From contig CDRNVI010000039.1 in the NCBI GenBank assembly GCA_977017575.1, positions 248,001 to 312,000 on the forward strand: a stretch of 64,000 nt of DNA, in the 5' to 3' direction. A program made the translations under genes and the position numbers. This document shows positions 1 through 10,131 of this stretch, piece by piece. Source of the DNA: Paramoeba atlantica (lineage: Eukaryota; Protista; Discosea). Within the stretch, counting starts at the first letter, position 1; each line of letters opens with the position of its first letter. The notes under the pieces were generated by a model, which searched no databases, was not told the DNA's origin, and saw nothing but the letters and a program-made list of their open reading frames with translations.

Positions 1-2
1 GG

Positions 3-1049
3 GGTGAGAAGGGGAATTGGATATTGCGCACCCCAGTCGACGCTCAGTCGAGGACATGCAATTTGAATTGCAGCATCAAAAGATGGAACTAATGATGCAA
101 CCTTCGCGGGGGAAAGCTCACACATAAGAATAACGGAAAACGAACGTTGATGTTTCTTCAGTAGATCCTGAAGTCGCTTCAAAATATACGGGCTTCCTTG
201 TCTCCCTAATGTGCCTAAAATAATTGCAAAATGTTCCGCACCGCGTGCAGTATCAATGGACTGTTTTCGAAGAGCTTTCATGGCCCCATGGTCATAACTC
301 TCTGTAGTAAGGAGTTTTGTATAAGGATTGTATTGGTAAAACTGACGAAGAACAGGAGTATGCGTCGCATTTCCCTCACCAGCATGTCGCGTGGGTGCTG
401 TCTCATTAGCAATCATCATGCTTTCAAGATGAAACCTGCCATCCCCAAGAAATATCACGGTATGGATTTCAGGAGATAACCGAGGCGACGTACAACCAAG
501 CACCTCTCCACAGGAAAGGGGCTTTACTTGAGGAACGAAAAGGTTGGTGTAACCTTTCAGTTTTAGTGACTTTGCGGCAGCTCGCAAAGACACCACAAAT
601 TGTATTGTAGAAAAAAGAGCAATGCCCGTGCCAACCTCGGGAGGTACCAGCGACAAAATCGTTTCAACGAAATGAGTCACATCTATGCCGATGTCGACAA
701 AAACGTACATCATGGTAGGTAAAACGCAATCCTTGATACTTATCAAGCAACTGTGACCATAATGAACAAGGAAATCGCATTCCATAGCTCGAGCGGTTAA
801 ATCTTCAACGCAGCAGGCCCCGTAGGTAACATCACTAAGTATTGCAGTCTCACACCCTCCATAACGGGAGATGATGTCACTCAGGGGAATAGAATATGCA
901 AGAAGACCCTCTGGAAACTGCAGAGCTATGCGCTTTGCGCCAACTTGTCGTATTCTGCGTACAGTTTTGGAAACTTCAAAATTGTAATTGAAGGGCAAAA
1001 CTTTACGTACGTCTTCGTTGAGACTATCAAAGAAATCGTTGTCAAACAT
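3..1049 (-). CDS. DPH1: Diphthamide biosynthesis protein 1, 3'-truncated by the window edge
   Basis: Not in the ORF track. Manual translation from ATG at 1049 gives LPFNYNFEVSKTVRRI, RIALQFPEGLL, DVTYGACCVED and DFLVHYGHSCL; the same frame gives ACPRLSVDWG at the window edge. All are DPH1 signatures. Positions ~60-720 were not checked codon by codon. Confidence 0.93.
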   Translation of the reverse strand, partial: MFDNDFFDSLNEDVRKVLPFNYNFEVSKTVRRIRQVGAKRIALQFPEGLLAYSIPLSDIISRYGGCETAILSDVTYGACCVEDLTARAMECDFLVHYGHSCLISIKDCVLPTMMYVFVDIGIDVTHFVETILSLVPPEVGTGIALFSTIQFVVSLRAAAKSLKLKGYTNLFVPQVKPLSCGEVLGCTSPRLSPEIHTVIFLGDGRFHLESMMIANETAPTRHAGEGNATHTPVLRQFYQYNPYTKLLTTESYDHGAMKALRKQSIDTARGAEHFAIILGTLGRQGSPYILKRLQDLLKKHQRSFSVILMCELSPAKVASLVPSFDAAIQIACPRLSVDWGAQYPIPLLT

Positions 1050-1428
1050 GTAAGTATTGTCTTATATTCTCCTTATGAAATATACTTTAAAAGCATGAAG
1101 CAGTATGACGGGAAGAGAGAAGAAATATCTATTTCGTTGGCATGAACTGCCGAAACATGGACTGGAGGATTAGAAAAAAGAATCACGGATCAGAACTATG
1201 TGCCTTTAAGAACAATTTCATAAATCATTTAAATCCTTTTAGACCAACTTCAATATTTCAACAAATTAGTGATACTCATGCCAAATATTCATTTCTTATT
1301 CATCCACATAAGAATTTGACAGGTAAAGGTCTGAGAAAGGCGTATTAATTTTTCTACTACATTTTCGCAGAAGCACAAATCTGTATTTATTATCATAGCG
1401 ATATCACTGAGAATCAGAATCTATAATA

Positions 1429-3138
<1,710 letters not shown>

Positions 3139-3214
3139 TCATTAATAGAATAACCGTTATCCAATTAACGTGTGTGATGTCAACAAAAGATATACATTAT
3201 GAAAAGATTGATGA

Positions 3215-4522
3215 TTACGTTCGGGTACGCTGAGCTAAGGCACTATCCAGTAAAGCACAGTAAGTCATCGCTTCCACGATTGGCACCGCTCGAGGTACGA
3301 CACATGGATCATGGCGTCCTGTGGCACGCAAGGTTGTTGCTTGACCGCTTAGATCATAAGTGCTCTGGGCTTGAGATATTGTGGCGGGAGGTTTAAAAGC
3401 GACACGAAAGTAAATAGGCTGACCATTGCTAATGCCTCCCTGAATCCCCCCACTGTCGTTCTTCGTGGTAGTAAGTGGAACGTGGGTGGTAGGAGGAGGA
3501 GAAGACGGACATGTTTTTTTATGGTGTCTTTGGTCTTCAGCAACTGTTCCGTTCGAAACCAAGTGGCTCGACATTTTGCACACAAAGGGGTCATTGTGTT
3601 CACTTCCACGCATGATAGAGGCGCTGAAACCTGAACCCACGTCAAAGCCTTTCGATGCAGGAAGTGACATCATGGCATGGGCAAGAATTGCCTCGAGTTT
3701 GTCGAAACAAGGCTCGCCCCACCCAGAAGGGACATTGTGTACCACACAAGTCACCACCCCACCGATAGAATCTGCGTGCGCCATCACATCTTCCAGAACG
3801 ATTTTCATGTTAACAGTGGTCTTCACATCAGGGCAGCGCAGTGGCCCGAAGGAGTCAACCCATTCGGATGTCCATGGAACACTGTGCTGGGAGGCATGGT
3901 CCGTTTGTGTTGTCTCGAAAATAGATGACGAGTGAAAGATCGGGAGAACCAGTGCATCGGGTATGGAAATATTCCCTATAGAGGACACGAAGGCGACTAC
4001 CTTGAGTTCGGGGTACCAATCTCGTAATATTTTCTTTGCCACAGCCCCTGCAATGACTCGAGACAGCGTTTCTCTTGCGCTGCTTCGACCACCGCCGCTG
4101 CGTGCGTGTATGCCATATTTGCAGAGATAAGAATAATCTGCATGCGATGGACGAGGAATAAAATCGGTTGGAAAGCTCTCGACCGCTTTCTTATTGCTTT
4201 GCTGTAGCGATTTCGCAACTTCATCAGAAAAATGATAGTCCTCCGGGCGAGCATCTTGGTTATAAACAAGAAAAGATAAAGGGGTACCCAGCGTGAGATT
4301 GTTTTCCGTGTCAATACCGCTCAGTATCTGGACGTGATCCTTTTCTTTTCGAGGTGATGTGTATTGGCTGTGACCTGTGCGCCGCCGATCTACAAAAGGT
4401 TGGATGTCATCCGCAACGGATAATAAAATTTTAGAAGGAACTCCGTCCAGTATGCATCCTACAGCTGCACCATGACTTTCACCGAATGTTGTAACGCGAA
4501 AATAATGCCCGAACGTACTCAT
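3215..4522 (-). CDS. aroC: Chorismate synthase, eukaryote type
   Basis: MSTFGHYFRVTTFGESHG, PRPSHADYSY, GGGRSSARET, DSIGGVV, GEPCFDKLEA, GGIQGGISNG, FRVAFKP and GRHDPCVVPRAVPIVEAM signatures. Confidence 0.97.
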   Translation of the reverse strand: MSTFGHYFRVTTFGESHGAAVGCILDGVPSKILLSVADDIQPFVDRRRTGHSQYTSPRKEKDHVQILSGIDTENNLTLGTPLSFLVYNQDARPEDYHFSDEVAKSLQQSNKKAVESFPTDFIPRPSHADYSYLCKYGIHARSGGGRSSARETLSRVIAGAVAKKILRDWYPELKVVAFVSSIGNISIPDALVLPIFHSSSIFETTQTDHASQHSVPWTSEWVDSFGPLRCPDVKTTVNMKIVLEDVMAHADSIGGVVTCVVHNVPSGWGEPCFDKLEAILAHAMMSLPASKGFDVGSGFSASIMRGSEHNDPFVCKMSSHLVSNGTVAEDQRHHKKTCPSSPPPTTHVPLTTTKNDSGGIQGGISNGQPIYFRVAFKPPATISQAQSTYDLSGQATTLRATGRHDPCVVPRAVPIVEAMTYCALLDSALAQRTRT

Positions 4523-4667
4523 TAGGCATATCCATTACGAAAAGGTATAAATAGAAAAAATCATGTGTACATCATACAGGAAAGTAAGTTATGTGGTGAC
4601 CTAGACAATAGCTACTTTGAAAAGGCATAAGAATATTGTACCTCTTGTAAAAGAAGTGTTATGTATA

Positions 4668-4991
4668 CTCCCCCTCTCATTAATAATTAAAAATATGATC
4701 TATAAACCTTTTTAGTTATAATTATAATTATAGTTTATATTATTAATGAGATTCGATAAGTGATTTTTTCTTATTATGGACTTCAAATTCTTGATTTTCG
4801 AGACACTTCGTTCAACTTGGAAACAAGTTTTAGTGCAAAGTATGTAGTAGAGGTGTCTTTCCAGATAAAAAATGAAGTATTTGAGGTTTATAATTATAGA
4901 AATGAGACTCAGAGTTATAATCTCATTAAACTTCTATAAACGTACCCTTTAATGAGTTTTGGAGGTTTATAATTATTAATGAGAGGGGGAG
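4668..4991. mobile_element. 324-bp MITE with CTCCCCCTCTCATTAATAATTA terminal inverted repeats, flanked by TA
   Basis: 22-bp perfect TIRs at 4668-4689 and 4970-4991. TA at 4666-4667 and 4992-4993. AT-rich non-coding interior. Confidence 0.88.
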
Positions 4992-5504
4992 TACATACAA
5001 GTTGTATACATACAGTACCTTACCACATACAGGGGGGGTCACCAATTTCCGGGGGGTCTAAAATTTATGTCGTGTGAGCTTTTGACCTAATTCCTTCGGC
5101 ATTCAACAGATCTCGAAATTCTAAGCTGTTTTGCGGTATAAAAACCCATTTTAAAAATTATATACAGGGGGTGGCACGAAAATATGGGGGGGGTCAAAAT
5201 TTTTATAGCTTGTCCAATTTTGGAAAGTAGCACCGCATTCGAGAGCTTTCGCAGAGATACGTCTCACCTGATATTGCGTTTCCCGTATCCAGGGGGGTAG
5301 GTCCCTATGCCGAAGGGGCTGAAAATAGCAAAGTTTGAAATTTTGAAAAATATGTCATTTAATATCCACAATCACCTCCATTGTTTTGTAATGTAATCTT
5401 AATACGAGTTCGAAGAGTCTTCAAAGTGTTTAAAAATGTTTTGCTCTGTTCTCCTTTGAACAATTCAATCCCAGATGCGATCGCCGATCGCAATTCTGAC
5501 CGAT

Positions 5505-5552
5505 TTGTGGGGCATACTGAGCTTGTGTGGCATACTGAGCTTGTGGGGCATA
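5505..5552. repeat. 18-bp tandem repeat (ttgtggggcatactgagc, about 2.7 copies)
   Basis: Units start at 5505, 5523 and 5541 (partial), inside the TIR element. Confidence 0.9.
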
Positions 5553-5800
5553 ACGGCAGCAAAGGACCCTGTTTCTTCATAATTCTTTACCAATAATATG
5601 CGGTGGGTGACTTTAAGCTGTCCACGAGGACTGCAACAATGCCGATGTGATTGTAAAACTACCGCTCTACACTCGATTATTGAAAAAAAAGTGAACAAAA
5701 ACAGTGAAAATATAAAGGGGAACACAGTAATATAATAGAAGAAAAAAATATAAAAGGGGGCTCCGGTGGTCCAAAACTGAGAAAAAAAATTGAAAAAAAT

Positions 5801-5833
5801 GGGGGGTCCATGGGGGGGTCCATGGGGGGGGTC
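5801..5833. repeat. Tandem G6-8TC(CAT) motif array inside the TIR element
   Basis: ggggggtccat-gggggggtccat-ggggggggtc. The same GnTC motif occurs twice in each TIR and at 5186-5195. Confidence 0.8.
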
Positions 5834-6428
5834 AAGCAAATGAGTCGAGCATGGTCGAGCAAATTTTTTCGAAAAAATTAGTTTTCGAAAAAAACCCGCA
5901 GAAAGGGTAGCCGGGGTCTTGGCGCGCATTTTCCACCCCCCTACCCGGGGGTGACCCCCCCGCGTATCCGCAGGACGGGTCCGCCAAGTTCGAATTTTTT
6001 CGGAAAAAAAAATTTGAAAAAAAATTCAACTTGGCGAAAAAAATGGCAAAAAAGATATTTTTCCAAAATCGTTTCCCCTATTGTATTTTGATAGTTTGGG
6101 ACCTACACTAGCCTTCTCCGCAGTTGTTTTCGCAAGGTATCCCTTCTTCGAACCGTGGTGCGCCCCTCAAAATGACCCATTTTTGACTAAAAAAGGTGAA
6201 AAAGTATTCTTCGGACCTAAAGGGGCATTTTTGTGTCGAAAGAATGGTATGGTTGGAGTCGCATTCTCTACCCAATACGTTCGGTAGGCTTTCATTCATG
6301 CCTACGAGTGATTTCCCATGCGCAAATGTCGGATTTAGTGCTCTGAGAGCAAAAATACGCGAAAATCACCCCATTTTTACCCGATATTCGGCTATTTTTG
6401 GCTATAATCTTTCCGTTTTCCAGGCTAA

Positions 6429-6549
6429 ATTTTCTTTTTTAGGCTCTTCGTTAAACGCGGCGGTAGTTTTCAACGCGAAGCGCGCAGCATGAGTGACTTC
6501 TAAGTTGAAAACAACCACCGCGTTTAACGAAGAGCCTAAAAAAGAAAAT
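6429..6549. repeat. 121-bp hairpin (46-bp arms, 29-nt spacer), copy A
   Basis: Arms 6429-6474 and 6504-6549 match at 44/46 positions as inverted repeats. Confidence 0.92.
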
Positions 6550-6819
6550 GAAGTTTCGTAGTAAACTTTATTTCGAATAATTTGCAGAATTTTGACCCTA
6601 CTTTTTCCTTAAAAATTTCTCATATAGTCATTTGGTTTTTTATGAGACTTTTTATAGCGCAAAACAGCTTAGAATTTCGAGATCTGTTGAATGGCGAAGG
6701 AATTAGGTCAAAAGCTCACACGACACAAATTTTAGACCCCCCCGGAAATTGGTGACCCCCCTGTATGTGTAAGTAAAGATAGCACAAAAAAATTATTTGA
6801 AACAAATGTCTTGGAATAA

Positions 6820-9819
6820 CTAAGAATTAATGTGTCCCTTCCACGTGTTTGGTAAAAGCTGAGCCAGTGTCTGCCCTGGATGAGTAGAATTATTGAGAAG
6901 ATTCAGAAAGTATAGATCTTCCAACGACGCTGCATATCTGGCGTTATACTTTCTGCTGTAGGCCAACAACGCATCTATCAGATTATTGGAAGAAGAATTG
7001 GAAGAATCCGAATCATTTTTGTGCCACGAAACGCTAACCAACCTCTCCTTTGTATGCGTTATTAAAACCGCGTGCAAGCAAAGATGACCGACGGTTGATC
7101 GCTTATTAACCAAGAGCCAATCTCGACAAAAAAACAAAAGCTGTCGCAAATTATCTTTATCCAAGTCTCTGACAGCATCCAAAATTTCAGGTGAAATACA
7201 GGTGTAAGATTTTGCAGAACTCACAGCTTTGGACTCGTGACGTGTCTTATTGTCTTCCGCGACGCGTGCGGGAAATGCGATTAGAGTAACAACTCGATAA
7301 AGAGTGCGTGGGTGTTTCAACTTCAACGCTAGTCGAAAACATTCCACATATTTTCCATGAGAAATACAATTGTCCAGCTTCTGTTTTTCCTCAACGCGCG
7401 TCCTTCGAGAGACAATGGTCTCTTTCTTCACCTGTTCCGTGACATCAATCCATTTCCGCAAAAACGAACATTCCGCGCCAATATAGAGAGCCTCTCCGTC
7501 TCGATCTGCCGCTAAAGTGGCGGGTTTTCCGAGTTCTGTATCAAACGTGTGAACGGAAGCGTACGTTTGTAAACTCCATACTTTACATACGCCCTCCTCA
7601 TCGACGCTGCAAATTTGAAGCCCATGATTTAGGAAACACATTCGACGTACGGCGGCGGTGTGGCCTTGTAGCGTTACGCTGCAGCAGCCGTTCGAAATGT
7701 TCCATAGTTTAATAGTACCGTCTGAGGATGCGGAGGCAATCATGTGCCGGTTACTAGGACTGAATTGGACGGAGTGTATAGCTTTTTTATGTCCCTGAAG
7801 CTCTCCTTGAGGATGTAATCCTGTGCCTGCTGCCCAATTCCAAATGCGCAGTTTCTTGTCTCGCCCTCCGGTGACTATTTTATCGTTTTGTGGTGAGAAA
7901 TCGATGCAATAAACTGAACTGGAAGAGAGATTCTCAGAAAGTTTTGAGCCACTGTGGATATCGGCAATGGTGTGATCAGAAGAAGCTGTGAACTTAATAA
8001 GTGGGCTATCTGTTTCCATATTTCGTTTTTTTAATGCCTTCGTTAAAGAAGTTAGTAACCATACTTTTAAAGAGTTATCGGAACTTATCGAGGCTAAAGC
8101 AACAACTGATGACTTTTCGTTTTGCGCGAAACACAGCCCCGTGATTGCAGCGTTGTTTCCAACGCATTCTGCAACACAAACGAAATCACAGTTCTCTGTA
8201 GATGCCGTTAATACTGTTGTTAATGATTCGAAACGCAGCTTTTGTTTCCATATTTTGATAGTGTAATCCTTTGATCCTGTAGCAATATATCCTAGGTGCT
8301 GATGTGAAGCTACGCAAAGGACGATATCGGTGTGACCTGCAAGAGAAGTAAAACGGTGTGAACCACCATTGTCCATAAAATATGCGCTTGTCGTATCCCC
8401 CAAAAAAATGATACCAGGGTTCGAAGGCTTTTCGCGGGCGACAGGATATTCTTCAGATTCGTCCCCAACTCCTTGGTCACATGTAATATTTCGAGGCAAT
8501 AGACACATGTCGAGTACGGAATTGCATTGTCCTAAAATATTACTTTTTATTTCACCACTTACGGCGTCCAAAATTAATACTTTACTACTTGCCGAAACAA
8601 ATGCCAGAGTTTTCATTCTTGTGTTAGGAGACAGAAAGGGAAAACTTTCGCCGAAAAGCTCATCGCTCTTCTTCTTGATCACAATCTCTGCTGAACAGCC
8701 TTTGGACTTCGGATTACAGCGTCCTTGTAACCATTTCTCAAGACTGTATATTGAAATATGACCTTCCTCAGAACCGATTGCAAGATGCAGCTGTGAAACA
8801 GTGGATCTTGAAGGAATACAGTAGAGAGACATGGACTGAACATTGTCCTTTAATGCTAGTTTCGCCGAAAGAATAAACTCTTGAGCTTCATCATTCCACT
8901 TAAAGCAGAGAATCAACCGATCTCGGCTTCCGACAAGGAAGCATTTTCTGGACTTCATGTATAAGATGCTCAAAATCGCATGCCTGCTTTCTGAGATCAC
9001 TTGTTTACATTGAAGTTGACCTAAATCCCAGACAAAGATTTTTCCCAATTCGTTCCCCAAGATTACCCAATCACTGTTAGACTTTGAGGAAACTTCCAAA
9101 GAAGAATTATTCTCTGAATCTCTCTTTATCCGGGGCTTCTTTTTCGCTGATGTGCTCTCTACACGCTTGTCTGTTGTTTGAAAACTAAGAAATAAGCACT
9201 GAATCAGTCGTCCAGACTCTTGAGGTCGCAGATAAACATGGTTTTGAAAATCATTTAATTTCCATATCTGTGCACTCCCGTCTGCGCATAAACTGACTAC
9301 ACTGTAAACGTCTGGTGAAAATTCTACTGCGCTAATTGATGTTGAGCGGCGTCCAATGGACCACTTGCGATGCAAATAAAAACGAAGCTCAACTTCATTT
9401 ACGGAAAGAAGCATCATGTCATTGTCAGTAGTAGCGAGAATAATGCGATTGTTTGATGTATCAAGTGAGACGTTCTCCATGGTTGTGCTATTAGACTGAG
9501 GAACACTAGATGCTGCCATAGCCACAATGAAGTCCTCTTGATCTTCAAACGTTGTTTGTGATACCGGCATGGGTAACAACTTATCCTGGGAAGATAACCG
9601 AATCGCAGTTTTACAGTTGGCTGATGACACTATTCTTCCTCGATCAGCGTCGACAAGACAAACGTTTTCGCCGCATGAAGTAAGAAAGTAATTCCGATTG
9701 GGTATCCAGTGGATGTTTCCTGATGTCAGAAGAGGACGAAAAATTGGCTCATCAGTGACTGCGTATTGTGAGCGCAAAGAAACAACATTGGATGAAGCCT
9801 CCTGGAGTCCTTGGGTCAT
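6820..9819 (-). CDS. UTP13: U3 snoRNP WD40 protein Utp13/TBL3
   Basis: Multiple WD40 repeats (GHTDIVLCVA, GHKKAIHSV, ASASSDGTIKLW) plus a Utp13-type C-terminus (ALKLKHPRTLY, LLFFCRDW, ALLAYSRKY). Confidence 0.88.
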   Translation of the reverse strand: MTQGLQEASSNVVSLRSQYAVTDEPIFRPLLTSGNIHWIPNRNYFLTSCGENVCLVDADRGRIVSSANCKTAIRLSSQDKLLPMPVSQTTFEDQEDFIVAMAASSVPQSNSTTMENVSLDTSNNRIILATTDNDMMLLSVNEVELRFYLHRKWSIGRRSTSISAVEFSPDVYSVVSLCADGSAQIWKLNDFQNHVYLRPQESGRLIQCLFLSFQTTDKRVESTSAKKKPRIKRDSENNSSLEVSSKSNSDWVILGNELGKIFVWDLGQLQCKQVISESRHAILSILYMKSRKCFLVGSRDRLILCFKWNDEAQEFILSAKLALKDNVQSMSLYCIPSRSTVSQLHLAIGSEEGHISIYSLEKWLQGRCNPKSKGCSAEIVIKKKSDELFGESFPFLSPNTRMKTLAFVSASSKVLILDAVSGEIKSNILGQCNSVLDMCLLPRNITCDQGVGDESEEYPVAREKPSNPGIIFLGDTTSAYFMDNGGSHRFTSLAGHTDIVLCVASHQHLGYIATGSKDYTIKIWKQKLRFESLTTVLTASTENCDFVCVAECVGNNAAITGLCFAQNEKSSVVALASISSDNSLKVWLLTSLTKALKKRNMETDSPLIKFTASSDHTIADIHSGSKLSENLSSSSVYCIDFSPQNDKIVTGGRDKKLRIWNWAAGTGLHPQGELQGHKKAIHSVQFSPSNRHMIASASSDGTIKLWNISNGCCSVTLQGHTAAVRRMCFLNHGLQICSVDEEGVCKVWSLQTYASVHTFDTELGKPATLAADRDGEALYIGAECSFLRKWIDVTEQVKKETIVSRRTRVEEKQKLDNCISHGKYVECFRLALKLKHPRTLYRVVTLIAFPARVAEDNKTRHESKAVSSAKSYTCISPEILDAVRDLDKDNLRQLLFFCRDWLLVNKRSTVGHLCLHAVLITHTKERLVSVSWHKNDSDSSNSSSNNLIDALLAYSRKYNARYAASLEDLYFLNLLNNSTHPGQTLAQLLPNTWKGHINS

Positions 9820-10131
9820 CCTAGATAAAAGGGAAAGAAAGCAACTGACTAAACTGAATTATAAGAAAAAATTATTTGAAGATTGGTTCCAAAAAAGTTG
9901 CTTCTAGTGTGCAGCTTAAAAGGAGTGTATGAAAAAGCAACATGTCAACCATTCGTTCCTGTATTGCTATTGAGCCATGTATGACACAAAGAGATAAAAA
10001 GAGATGCAATGAAGTGGACTATAAAAATAGAGAATTAGAGATGAGATGAGGTTCAAAAGCGGATCACGCGGAACTGTTCCTCGACCTAAATAACCAAATA
10101 TGATATCACACGATAGTTAGATTATGATAAA

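Larger units (their letters stand above)
5030..6763. mobile_element. 1734-bp non-autonomous Tc1/mariner-like element with 115-bp TIRs
   Basis: 5030-5144 is the reverse complement of 6649-6763, with 3 substitutions and 2 G-run length differences. It starts CAGGGGGGGTCACC and is flanked by TA (5028-5029, 6764-6765). The reconstructed empty site is CACATATGTG. No transposase ORF was recognised. Confidence 0.9.

Noticed and set aside
5359-6492. ORFs inside the 1.7-kb TIR element as a transposase
   Set aside because: They are short, low-complexity Phe/Pro/Lys-rich products of homopolymer DNA, with no HTH or DDE motif.
6429-6549. Hairpin as an integron attC site or CRISPR repeat
   Set aside because: The GTTAAAC/GTTTAAC boxes are in the wrong order for attC and the inner boxes do not fit RYYYAAC/GTTRRRY. 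There is no integrase, cassette array or repeat-spacer array, and the genome is eukaryotic.
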